A stretch of 32,000 nt of DNA from Prevotella phage Lak-C1, in sequence record MK250029.1. One strand, given 5' to 3'. Under the pieces are notes generated by a model. That model saw only the letters and a program-made list of their open reading frames with translations. It did no database searches and was not told the origin of the DNA. Below are positions 1-8,924 of the stretch, in pieces; within the stretch, counting starts at the first letter, position 1; each line of letters opens with the position of its first letter. Position numbers and translations under genes: made by a program.

Positions 1-2
1 AG

Positions 3-116
3 CTTAATGAGCAATTAATTAAAATGAGAGATTATAATTTCTTTACTGTTGCAACATGTGCATCAGATGGAGATGACCTTATTGGAAATATTCGTATGTA
101 TTGTAATTTACTTTAA
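3..116 (+). CDS. C-terminal end of a truncated hypothetical protein (…LNEQLIKMRDYNFFTVATCASDGDDLIGNIRMYCNLL*)
   Basis: Open frame from window edge to TAA at 114-116, followed by a terminator hairpin. Confidence 0.5.
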   Translation, partial: LNEQLIKMRDYNFFTVATCASDGDDLIGNIRMYCNLL

Positions 117-125
117 TTAATAATT

Positions 126-160
126 AAATATGGAGATTAATAAAACTAGTCTCCATATTT
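126..160 (+). terminator. Terminator-like hairpin AAATATGGAGA…TCTCCATATTT
   Basis: 11-bp perfect inverted repeat 126-136/150-160 just after the stop at 116. Confidence 0.6.
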
Positions 161-201
161 TCATTTTAAATAAATATTTAAAACATATATTTCTCTTAAT
201 C

Positions 202-1008
202 ATGGAAATTAATGAAGTAAATACTATTATAGATAAAATATATCCAAATCAAATAAACCTGAAATCTTTTAATTTTAAAAAAGAGTTGAATCCTAAAATA
301 TGGAAAAATGGAAAATTAAAAGATAACATAAGAAAACGCTTAATAAAAATTGCAAAAGAATTTGTTGAATCTACTGAATTAGATTTCATTCCAGTAGATA
401 TTGTTATCGTTGGCTCTATTGCATCATTTAATTGGTCAAAATATTCTGATATTGATTTACATATAATTACAGATTTCAAATAGTTAAATGATAATGTAGA
501 TTTAGTAAAAAATTATTTATATGCAAAAAAATGTGAATGGAATAATAAGCATAATAATATAAAAATATATGGTTATGACGTAGAATTATATGCATAGGAT
601 ATATCAGAACAAAATGAAAGTAATGGTATATATTCTGTTAAATATAGTCATTGGTTAAAAATTCCTGCATATAAACATAAGAAATTAGATAAAGATGCGA
701 TAAAAGAAATTGCTTCTATGTATATTAATAAAATAGAATATTATAACAGAAAATATGATGAATTAAATAGTGATAAATCTATTTTATTATTATAGTCTAA
801 AGTTGATTATTTATATGATTCTATTATATAGGGTAGAAAAAAATCATTACCAATTGATGGTGAACAAGCAACAGGGAATATTGTATTTAAAGTATTAAGA
901 AGAAGTGGACATTTAGAAATGTTAAATAATCTAAAAACAAAAATATTTGACCGATTGAATTCTATTGAAGAAACATTTAAAGTTGATGATGATAAATTAA
1001 TAATATAA
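202..1008 (+). CDS. Nucleotidyltransferase-domain protein, 268 aa, 4 in-frame TAG codons
   Basis: GSIASFNWSKYSDIDLHI matches the GSxxxG/S…DxD nucleotidyltransferase motif. Frame stays open through TAG (481-483 and three more) to TAA 1006-1008. Start moved to ATG 202 because ATG 130 lies inside the terminator hairpin. Confidence 0.75.
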
Positions 1009-1052
1009 AAATAAGGGATTTAAATATACCAAATATTTAAATCCCTTATTTA
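1009..1052. terminator. Bidirectional terminator hairpin between convergent genes
   Basis: AATAAGGGATTTAAATAT…ATATTTAAATCCCTTATT inverted repeat. Confidence 0.75.
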
Positions 1053-1451
1053 TTAAGATGTTCTAATAACGTCATAACACCATGCGCAATTTAAGAAATC
1101 TATGTAGACCTGTGAATTTCCATTACTTTCTATTCGTAATCGCACAGTTCCCTTATCATAATCTTGATCAATAACATAGAATGTTACTTGTCTACCTCCT
1201 TTATTATCAGTAAAAACATCACCTGTTTTATAAACCTTATATATCTGAGTTTTTGGACTATAAATTGTTATAACATCAGTATTAAGATTAATTGTTAAAA
1301 CCATATCAGATGATTGCCAATCACCCCAATAGTATTTACCGTTATAAATCTTTGCTTCTGCAAATGATGTTGTTTTATAATATTGAATTTGTGCATGTGA
1401 AGAAATTACAAATCCAAATATCATTAAAAAAATAAAAATAAATTTCTTCAT
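1053..1451 (-). CDS. Exported hypothetical protein, 132 aa
   Basis: Intact ORF; N-terminal signal peptide MKKFIFIFLMIFGFVISSHAQ. Confidence 0.75.
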   Translation of the reverse strand: MKKFIFIFLMIFGFVISSHAQIQYYKTTSFAEAKIYNGKYYWGDWQSSDMVLTINLNTDVITIYSPKTQIYKVYKTGDVFTDNKGGRQVTFYVIDQDYDKGTVRLRIESNGNSQVYIDFLNCAWCYDVIRTS

Positions 1452-1471
1452 AATAAAATTAATTAAAAAAT

Positions 1472-1964
1472 TAGAAGCTTAGATGGGAATCGAACCCATA
1501 AAGTTTTTAATAACTTACCACACTTATTCACATAAGCAATACTTGAGTAAACTAACAGCTCATCTGTATTTGACTACTGATTTTGATATTATCTCATGAT
1601 TACTGACTTTTACTCTCACTACTGTTAACCATTTTTCATTTTTAAGTATTTTGTGGTCTGAACTTTTTTTTACCATATTTAAGTTTGCGCGCTCCTTATT
1701 GTAATACCAAATGCTCAATGATTAGGTGATAGTCTGCAAATTAACTATACTTCGTGTACTTAAACGTAGGTATCTCCTATAAAGTCTCATCACAATTTAT
1801 GCTGTAACACTACAATTTACATTTAAAATAGATTCACGTTCTATTACAATTTAGTGGAATATAATCTATTATCAAAAATAGATTAATATTCATTAGGGAG
1901 ATTTTTATCACTATGTATTTCTAACATGTGTAAATATTTTTTAAACTTATTCCAAATCTAAGCT
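1472..1964 (-). ncRNA. tmRNA-like structured RNA (alternative: split or intron-bearing tRNA-like gene)
   Basis: On minus strand the 5' end AGCTTAG (rc of 1958-1964) pairs with 3' CTAAGCT (rc of 1476-1482). T-arm ATGGG-TTCGATT-CCCAT (rc of 1483-1499). 5' side continues ATTTGGAATAAG (GG-containing D-like loop, no D stem), and ATAAGTTT can pair with AAACTTTAT just before the T-arm, like tmRNA P2. No convincing tag ORF and no G3:U70 seen. Confidence 0.4.
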
Positions 1965-1994
1965 TAACCATGTTTATTATATATTGTTAATATA

Positions 1995-2339
1995 TCAATG
2001 TCTACCAAACAAAGACAAAAACTTTTTAATTAATGAATTATTAGATTTATTTAGGTTATTATCTGTTTTAATTACACTAATTATATTTGATATATTTGTA
2101 CCTATTAGCATATCTTGACCATCAATTTTTAATGTTATATTATTATACATAATACCTTGATATGTATTATCATCATTTAAAAATGGTATTAATGCTTTAC
2201 TATACTTATTTTCTTCTTTGTTTACCGTTTTCTGATAATTAATATATGCATTGCTTTCTAATTTAACAATCAATGCATCCTTATCACTTATATTGGTTCT
2301 TACTTTATCTCCTATATGTAAGTCTTCAATCTTTAACAT
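1995..2339 (-). CDS. Hypothetical protein, 114 aa
   Basis: Intact ORF ending TGA; overlaps the 3' end of the upstream CDS by 14 bp. Confidence 0.65.
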   Translation of the reverse strand: MLKIEDLHIGDKVRTNISDKDALIVKLESNAYINYQKTVNKEENKYSKALIPFLNDDNTYQGIMYNNITLKIDGQDMLIGTNISNIISVIKTDNNLNKSNNSLIKKFLSLFGRH

Positions 2340-3291
2340 AATTTTTAATAAAAATAATTTCTTTTAATAAAGATTCAGTTAAACAGGAAATATATAATTC
2401 TTTATTTGAATCATCTAACCAATTTACTATAGCTTTATTTATATAAGATATGATGTCTAATATTTTATCTTTATGTCGTTTATCATTTAAGTATTCTTTT
2501 AATACATTAAATATTACAGTATTATCATATTTGTAATTTTTACTGAATACGAAATCGATTAATGTTTCAAATGAATTAGTATCTGTAAATGTAGCTGTTT
2601 CCCCTAATATAAATTTAATAATTTCGTTAATATCATTTGTAATAAATTTATCATCTTCTTTTACAGTAACTGGATTCTTCAATAATCCTCTTTTACCGTT
2701 ATATGTTTTATGTCGTAAAAATAAACCTTTATCATATGTTAATGTATATTTCCAGAAATCAGTTAATACATGATCATCATTATATACATCCGGTATATTA
2801 GTAGGAATAAAACTTGCTAAATCAATTAACAAATTTGTTCTATATAAACCTTTGAAGTTTGATTCGTTATTTCTGTAATCTGGTGAATGATACATAAATT
2901 TTGAATATTCTATATCATTAGAAAACATTAAATCTACTTGAACAACATCTCTAACCCACTTAACACCAAAAGAAATTATATGAAAACCAGAACTGACTTT
3001 TATTTGAGGTTCATTATTAGAAAACGCTGGACAAATCTTATTACGAATACAATTTTCTATTGCATTAATATTGTTATCAGAGAATTCAAGTTCAACAGCA
3101 ATATCAATATCGCCTGAATACTCATCATCTTTTTTCTTCCCTGTTGAACCTAATGTGCATGCATTAAAATTCATTATATTTCCGTCAGTATCTTTACAAT
3201 TATGTGTTAAATTATCTATTACCATACTTGCTATATATACTGCATCAAAATTTCTAACAGGCACAGAGCCTTTAATTGCCATACCACTCAT
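2326..3291 (-). CDS. Nucleotidyltransferase-domain protein, 321 aa
   Basis: GSTGKKKDDEYSGDIDIAVEL motif followed by VQVDLMF; no in-frame TAG. Confidence 0.7.
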   Translation of the reverse strand: MSGMAIKGSVPVRNFDAVYIASMVIDNLTHNCKDTDGNIMNFNACTLGSTGKKKDDEYSGDIDIAVELEFSDNNINAIENCIRNKICPAFSNNEPQIKVSSGFHIISFGVKWVRDVVQVDLMFSNDIEYSKFMYHSPDYRNNESNFKGLYRTNLLIDLASFIPTNIPDVYNDDHVLTDFWKYTLTYDKGLFLRHKTYNGKRGLLKNPVTVKEDDKFITNDINEIIKFILGETATFTDTNSFETLIDFVFSKNYKYDNTVIFNVLKEYLNDKRHKDKILDIISYINKAIVNWLDDSNKELYISCLTESLLKEIIFIKNYVKD

Positions 3292-3396
3292 ATTATAATT
3301 TAATTAAATATATTCATATTTTGTAATTTATAATAAACTTAATGAGAAAAGTCTTTTATAATAATAAAGAAAAAATAAATTTTAGCTAACTTATAT

Positions 3397-4947
3397 ATGA
3401 ATGTAAATTTAATTGTTGCTGTAGATAAAAACACACATGGTATAGGTAAAAACGGCAGAATTCCTTGGAATAATAAAGATGATATGAAATGGTTTAAAAA
3501 TGTAACAACAGGAGATGGAAATAATTCTGTTATTATGGGTAGAACCACCTATGAATCAATAGGGAAACCATTACCGAATAGAATTAATATTGTAATTACA
3601 CATAAAGATATTGAAATTGATGGTTGTATAGTATGTCATTCTATTGAAGATGCTATCAGTTATTCAAAAGAAATTAAAATGGATTCTGCATTCATTATTG
3701 GTGGTGGATCTATTTATAAAGAAGCAATTAACAAAGATCTTATTGATATTTTATATATTGATTTTTTAAATACAGGTTTATCTGATGAAGATTTTGATAC
3801 TTATTTTGAATTTCCTCCTGTTGAACAAACATATCGTACATGTGAAAATTTAACAGATTATAATCCAAATTCAAATATTAATCCGGTTATTTCATACAGA
3901 GAACGTACATTTGTTACAACTGATTATGATTATTTGTCATTAATGAATAAAATTATTAAAAATGGAAAAACAAAACATACACGTGCAGGTGAAACATTAT
4001 CTATTTTTGGTGAAATGCTTTCATTTGATTTAAGAAAAGGTTTACCTATTCTCACAACAAAGAAAGTGTATTCAAAAGGTTGTATTCATGAATTGTTATG
4101 GATTTTACATGGTGATACAAATATAAAGTATCTTGTTGAAAATAATACTCATATATGGGATGATGATGCATACAGATATTATTTGCAGAAATTTGAATCT
4201 GATAAAGATGTAAAGACAACAAAAGAACAGTTTATTAACCGTGTAATTAAACAGGATATTATTCATTATGTTGAAGATGGTGATATGAATAGCAAAACAT
4301 ATATATTTGGTGATCTTGGACCTGTATATGGAAAACAATGGGTTAATTGGAATGGTATTAATCAGGTTAAAGAACTTATTCATAAATTGAAAACAAATCC
4401 TGATGACAGACGATTAATGATTTCTGCATGGAATGTCGGAGAAATTAAAGATATGGCATTACCTCCTTGTCATTACTTATCACAATGGTATGTAACTGAA
4501 ATGAATAACTATGAAAGAAATGAAGAATATCATAAAAGATATAATATCAATGTAGATGATAATAAACTATTATCTGATGAAGAATTAGATAAATTAGGAA
4601 TTCCACATCAATATTTAAGCTGTATGTGGATGCAGAGATCTGTTGATACATGTTTAGGTTTACCATATGATTTATTGAGTTATTCTATATTAACTCATCT
4701 TATTGCACAGATTTGTAATATGGTTCCTTATGAAGTTAAATGTTCACTTGGTGATTGTCATATATATAAGAACCAGTTATCCGGTGCAATTAAACAAATT
4801 CAGAGAAATCCGTTTAAATATGAACCTGCACAACTTGTGCTTAATAAAGAAATTAAAGATATTAATGATTTTAAATATGATGATATTAAAATTGTAAATT
4901 ATAATTCATATTCAACAGTTAAATATCCACTTTCTGTTGGACTTTAA
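3397..4947 (+). CDS. Bifunctional dihydrofolate reductase-thymidylate synthase fusion, 516 aa
   Basis: N-term DHFR (VAVDKNTHGIGKNGRIPW, VIMGRTTYESIGKPLPNR, AFIIGGGSIY). C-term ThyA (RAGETLSIFGEMLSFDLRKGLPILTTKK, ALPPCHYLSQWY, QRSVDTCLGLPYDLLSYSIL). No in-frame TAG. Confidence 0.97.
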   Translation: MNVNLIVAVDKNTHGIGKNGRIPWNNKDDMKWFKNVTTGDGNNSVIMGRTTYESIGKPLPNRINIVITHKDIEIDGCIVCHSIEDAISYSKEIKMDSAFIIGGGSIYKEAINKDLIDILYIDFLNTGLSDEDFDTYFEFPPVEQTYRTCENLTDYNPNSNINPVISYRERTFVTTDYDYLSLMNKIIKNGKTKHTRAGETLSIFGEMLSFDLRKGLPILTTKKVYSKGCIHELLWILHGDTNIKYLVENNTHIWDDDAYRYYLQKFESDKDVKTTKEQFINRVIKQDIIHYVEDGDMNSKTYIFGDLGPVYGKQWVNWNGINQVKELIHKLKTNPDDRRLMISAWNVGEIKDMALPPCHYLSQWYVTEMNNYERNEEYHKRYNINVDDNKLLSDEELDKLGIPHQYLSCMWMQRSVDTCLGLPYDLLSYSILTHLIAQICNMVPYEVKCSLGDCHIYKNQLSGAIKQIQRNPFKYEPAQLVLNKEIKDINDFKYDDIKIVNYNSYSTVKYPLSVGL

Positions 4948-4953
4948 AAAAAT

Positions 4954-4988
4954 AAAGGTTGAAACATTCCAAAATGTTTCAACCTTTT
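4954..4988. terminator. Bidirectional terminator
   Basis: AAAGGTTGAAACATT-CCAA-AATGTTTCAACCTTT perfect hairpin plus T-run between convergent genes. Confidence 0.9.
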
Positions 4989-5003
4989 ATATTTAAATAT
5001 ATA

Positions 5004-5894
5004 TTATACTTCTAAAGCTAAGAAACCTAAGACAGGGTAGTCTGCATACTTACCGGTGTTGTAGACGCGTCCATCATCGAGACCGAAACTGCGCACATCG
5101 TCTTTATCGTACTCTCTACTACTCCAATAATTGTTGTCCTCACTAAAACCACTACCTTTTATAGCTGTACGTTTTTCATTTATAACTGTTTTGTTTGCAT
5201 AAATTTGATATAATTCGCCAGGCATTGGTAAATACCAGTCACCGGATTTAGTACCAGGTGTTGAATATGCAACACAACAACATGCAGGTGCACAATAACC
5301 TGCATCAGGATTATTTGTTACTCCATCACATATGTTCTAATCCTGATTTGTTGCTTTAGATAAACATTGTTGTGTATTCCATTTACCTCCTATATATGCA
5401 ATTTTTTCAGTTCCACCCTTTACATTACCTACATCAACGCTATCATTTCCAAAATACATATCCACATCTTGTGGAAGTGGATTTCCATTTGCTGGTGTTT
5501 TATAATCCATATAATTTATAGAAACAAATCTGGCTGTTTTAACAGCACCCGTTGAATCATCACCATTTTTGAAGTTTTCAGTAACCTCGGGAATTACACA
5601 AATTGCAATTGCAGTGTTATTCACATTATTTGTCTATGCATCAAGTGTTAACTTACCATCTGAAGTTGAATAAAGAATATCTGCAACAGCAGGTTTCTTT
5701 TTACTAGATGAAGCATCCAATTTAACTGGTTCCATATTTACTGAACCTAACATCAAACAATTAGGTCCAGGATGTCTTTCATCTATAAATTTAGTCGTCT
5801 AAGACTGATATACAAATGCACCATCTTTATGATGAATCTATAAAGCAGCTTCATTCATTAATTCATCAGTTGCAAACTATTTAATAAATTTCAT
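5004..5894 (-). CDS. DUF1566/FISUMP-like (C-type-lectin-fold-like) protein, 296 aa, 5 in-frame TAG
   Basis: Track ORFs 5337..5624 and 5004..5225 share a frame with 5894. C-term GDWYLPMPGELYQIY…FSEDNNYWSSREYDKDDVRSFGLDDGRV is typical of DUF1566/Lcl-like domains. N-term MKFIK(TAG)FATDELMNEAAL(TAG)IHH…. Confidence 0.85.
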
Positions 5895-5914
5895 AAATAA
5901 TATATTTTTTATTA

Positions 5915-5922
5915 TATTTATA
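5915..5922 (-). promoter_or_regulatory. T4-late-like TATAAATA motif
   Basis: Exact TATAAATA on minus strand about 20 nt upstream of ATG 5894. Confidence 0.5.
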
Positions 5923-6034
5923 CTGACAATTACTAACTTTTATGGAATCTTATAACTTTATAAACATAACTAAATAGAATATTTCATAATTAAGTTATAT
6001 TTTTATAAAAACTTAATATTTTATCAAATTTCTA

Positions 6035-6538
6035 TCAATTTAATCCTATTTTCTTCAGTTTTTCATATAAATTTTGATAAAATTTTTCAACCAGTATAAT
6101 ATATCTTGAATTACCATTTTCATCTATAATTTCATTAAAATAATCAGAATATTTTTCAACAATTTGTTTTACATATTCACTTTCATTATTTTTATAAATT
6201 ACATATTGTGCATCAACTTCTTGTTTAGCATTTCTTGGACAATTAGTCTTTGTATAGTGTGAACATTCCCAATCGATAATAGTTGCTTCATAATCATAAT
6301 TATCACATTTATGATATTTTCCCATTTGTAAAAAATAATATTCTGGATGATGTTTATTATGAAATCTATGAAATTTCTGTAATGTTTTATATGGTACTAT
6401 TAATTTAAGAAATGGTTTTTCCATATCATGAAACAGATATTTAAATTTCCAGCATTTTTGATTTAATGCAACCATATTAAATGAACACCAGTGTGCAAAC
6501 CAATATTTAAATGAACTTCTTTCTGCTTTATCAAACAT
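6035..6538 (-). CDS. Hypothetical protein, 167 aa, possible DUF5662-like (HD-like His/Asp rich)
   Basis: Intact ORF; FKYLFHDMEKPFLK…KFHRFHNKHHPEYY pattern. Confidence 0.6.
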   Translation of the reverse strand: MFDKAERSSFKYWFAHWCSFNMVALNQKCWKFKYLFHDMEKPFLKLIVPYKTLQKFHRFHNKHHPEYYFLQMGKYHKCDNYDYEATIIDWECSHYTKTNCPRNAKQEVDAQYVIYKNNESEYVKQIVEKYSDYFNEIIDENGNSRYIILVEKFYQNLYEKLKKIGLN

Positions 6539-6562
6539 AATTTTATATTTTATTTTTAAAAA

Positions 6563-6612
6563 TTAAAAGGAAGATTCCAAATATATTACAATATTAGAAT
6601 CTTCCTTTTATT
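6563..6612 (-). terminator. Terminator hairpin downstream of 6618..6986
   Basis: AAAAGGAAGATTC…GAATCTTCCTTTT inverted repeat. Confidence 0.75.
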
Positions 6613-6617
6613 ATAAG

Positions 6618-6986
6618 TTAATAAACATTTTCATTTGTTATATCAGATAATTTAGCATCTGTTACAACAATATAAATTTTAGAATTAATTTCTTGTTCTG
6701 GATCCTCTATGAAATCATATCTAATTACCTTATATGGAATTAAATTTGTTTGTGTTTCATTTGGACACCATATAATAGAATCTTGATTAGGAAGAGTATC
6801 AACATGGAAATCACAGATATGTATAATATCTGGTATATCATTATCTTCTGTTACTTTATATTTAATAATACATATATTTGTCTTATTTTGTAGACTTATA
6901 TTATTATCAATAACTTCTTTTTCTATTTCTTCTTCCTGTTCTAATTCAGTTTTTTTATTATTAAATAGTTGTTTAAAAATATTCAT
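6618..6986 (-). CDS. Hypothetical protein, 122 aa
   Basis: Intact ORF in co-directional cluster. Confidence 0.7.
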   Translation of the reverse strand: MNIFKQLFNNKKTELEQEEEIEKEVIDNNISLQNKTNICIIKYKVTEDNDIPDIIHICDFHVDTLPNQDSIIWCPNETQTNLIPYKVIRYDFIEDPEQEINSKIYIVVTDAKLSDITNENVY

Positions 6987-6990
6987 TTAA

Positions 6991-7395
6991 TTAATCAACT
7001 GGTTCCCAAAGGATACTTTGTTTATTTTGATCTTCAATAATTTCCATAAGAGGTCTTGCATGTTTGAAGTCAAGATTTGCTATAAATGAAACAATCTTAT
7101 CCATTTCTTCAATAGGCATTCTATCATACTTCTGTTCAATATATTTAACCAAATCAATAAGCTTAATCTGATCATTATTTGAATTCTTTAAAATAGTTGC
7201 ATATGGAAGTGTATCAACAGTTTCATGGAAAAGTTGCATGAACTTATTTGTACATTTAATAAGTTTTTCATATGACTTTGTTTCAGGTTCTGGCATATCT
7301 GAATCATCATCCATGACAATCATTTCTGGATCAATAGTATTATCTAATTTTGAAGACTTTACTTCTTCTGCTTCAATGATTTTATCTTTACTCAT
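6991..7395 (-). CDS. Hypothetical protein, 134 aa
   Basis: Intact ORF in co-directional cluster, 4 bp from the next gene. Confidence 0.7.
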   Translation of the reverse strand: MSKDKIIEAEEVKSSKLDNTIDPEMIVMDDDSDMPEPETKSYEKLIKCTNKFMQLFHETVDTLPYATILKNSNNDQIKLIDLVKYIEQKYDRMPIEEMDKIVSFIANLDFKHARPLMEIIEDQNKQSILWEPVD

Positions 7396-7409
7396 TTTCT
7401 TTATATTAT

Positions 7410-7904
7410 TTAGATTTTTGGTATATTAAAATTTGGGGTTGGTATATTAGGTGGTTGATAACTATTTGTTAAACCTGATGGATTACTCATTTGATTTTTT
7501 AAATCATTCATGTTATAACGACTTTGCATATTATTCATTTGTTTTTCCATACGCTGATTTTCTTCTTTATTTTGTTTTTCTTGCTCTTCCATATTTTCTT
7601 TATAAACATCTAATATATCAAGAATTTCAAAAAAAGACATTTCTTTAATATCTTGAAAACTTAGATTCATTTCTTTTGAAAGAACATAAACAATATGCAT
7701 TAAATCATCGTATGGAATTTTAAATAATCTGTGAATATCTGAGAAATCCGTACATTCCCAATATAATCCCCATATATCTGTATTCTTTAAAAATTTATAA
7801 TTCCAAGAATTAAAAATCGAATTCCTCGTCCAAATTGAGGTTGAATATCGCTTTGATTCCGCCTTGAAAGTTAAGCGGTGTTTCTGCCTCCGCGCCGCTT
7901 TCAT
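7410..7904 (-). CDS. Hypothetical protein, possibly a gp51/tail-assembly-chaperone-like protein; real start likely internal
   Basis: Follows the gp26-like gene; DLMHIVYVLSKEMNLSFQDIKEMSFFEILDIL resembles small hub/chaperone proteins. The 95-bp overlap with the upstream CDS suggests an over-extended start. Confidence 0.55.
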   Translation of the reverse strand: MKAARRQKHRLTFKAESKRYSTSIWTRNSIFNSWNYKFLKNTDIWGLYWECTDFSDIHRLFKIPYDDLMHIVYVLSKEMNLSFQDIKEMSFFEILDILDVYKENMEEQEKQNKEENQRMEKQMNNMQSRYNMNDLKNQMSNPSGLTNSYQPPNIPTPNFNIPKI

Positions 7905-8859
7905 CAGTATACATTAATTTTGGAGTAATAGCTTCCTGAAGAATACTCTTAACTTTTGAAACAAGTGACCATTCATAAGGTCCCCAATTCATAGTATCAC
8001 GAAGAATAGATGCATAACTTGAATCATTCAACTTTCTATAATCAGGAATAAGCATAGGTGCAATTGTAATAAAATCCTGGTCAAACTGCTCCTGACGCTG
8101 CTGCTTCTTTCTCATATAATCTTTCAACCACTGAGTAACACCAACGCATGGCATGTAAATATCAATAGAACCAACCTGTGGATTTTTAACAGGGAATGTA
8201 AAACAACGCTTTTCTGGATTATAATATCTCATCATCTTATCACTAATATCAATGAATGTAATATCATCCTTATGAACTGCAATATCTTTATTCTCTGAAA
8301 TCTTAATCTTCAATTCATTATTTCCTTCTGTAAAAGTAAAATCACGAATTGCAAGAATAATATAAAATCTGTCAATTTCTTTAAGGTCTTTCCATGTTGC
8401 CTGCCCAGTTGGAAATGAAATCTTCATACAACGTTCAATGATATAACTTAATGCATCATCAATTGCACTTACATCTGTTTCATCTGTCATAGACCAGTGT
8501 CTAATATCACCACCTGATGCTGCACGTACAAAAATTCGTGTTCCTTCTGGATAGAAAATACCACCCGTTGGAAGAGACTCTAATGGTAATTCAAGAAATC
8601 CCATACCACTGTCATGAATTTCTTTCTTCAATTCATCCTGACGTATTGCATGTGCTTCTCTCATACTTGGTCGTGCTTTCGCATCTGCAACTTGCTCTGC
8701 AAAATGTTCCTGTGCTGTTTGTACATTTTCTACACTTGGTGCTTTCTTTGTGTTTGCTTTTGTCTTTCCTTGTTCAATCTCTGCAAGATGTGCTGCACCT
8801 TCTGCTGTCTATGCATACTGTGCAAGAACATCTTCTACTGTATGTTTCTAATCTGACAT
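7810..8859 (-). CDS. T4 gp26-like baseplate hub protein (tentative), 349 aa, 2 in-frame TAG
   Basis: LPLESLPTGGIFYPEGTRIFVRAASGGDIRHWS is typical of the phage baseplate hub family. TAG-tolerant extension adds MSD(TAG)KHTVEDVLAQYA(TAG)TAEGAAHLAEIEQGKTKANTK… in frame. Confidence 0.6.
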
Positions 8860-8924
8860 AATTTCGAAATTATTGTTTGTTTTATTTTATACTAAATTAT
8901 TTAACTTTTGTTTACTTTATTTTA

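Noticed and set aside
130-201. Start codon at 130 for the first nucleotidyltransferase ORF
   Set aside because: It lies inside a terminator-like hairpin; ATG 202 gives a more typical N-terminus (MEINEVNTIIDKIYP).
249-479. Antisense ORF 249..479 (-)
   Set aside because: Fully overlaps a supported CDS on the other strand; low-complexity translation.
1472-1964. Confident call of a tRNA with a group I intron
   Set aside because: No D-stem or anticodon arm could be drawn and the R/S-like core motifs were only loosely matched. Kept as an alternative to the tmRNA-like call.
3071-3548. ORFs 3071..3298 (+) and 3339..3548 (-)
   Set aside because: Antisense shadows of the nucleotidyltransferase and DHFR-TS genes.
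4105-4897. ORFs 4105..4383 (-) and 4703..4897 (+)
   Set aside because: Overlap the strongly supported DHFR-TS CDS in other frames.
7238-8861. ORFs 7238..7429, 7451..7648, 8517..8861 and 8614..8856 (+)
   Set aside because: Antisense to supported minus-strand genes; composition (Leu/His/Phe rich) is typical of shadow ORFs.
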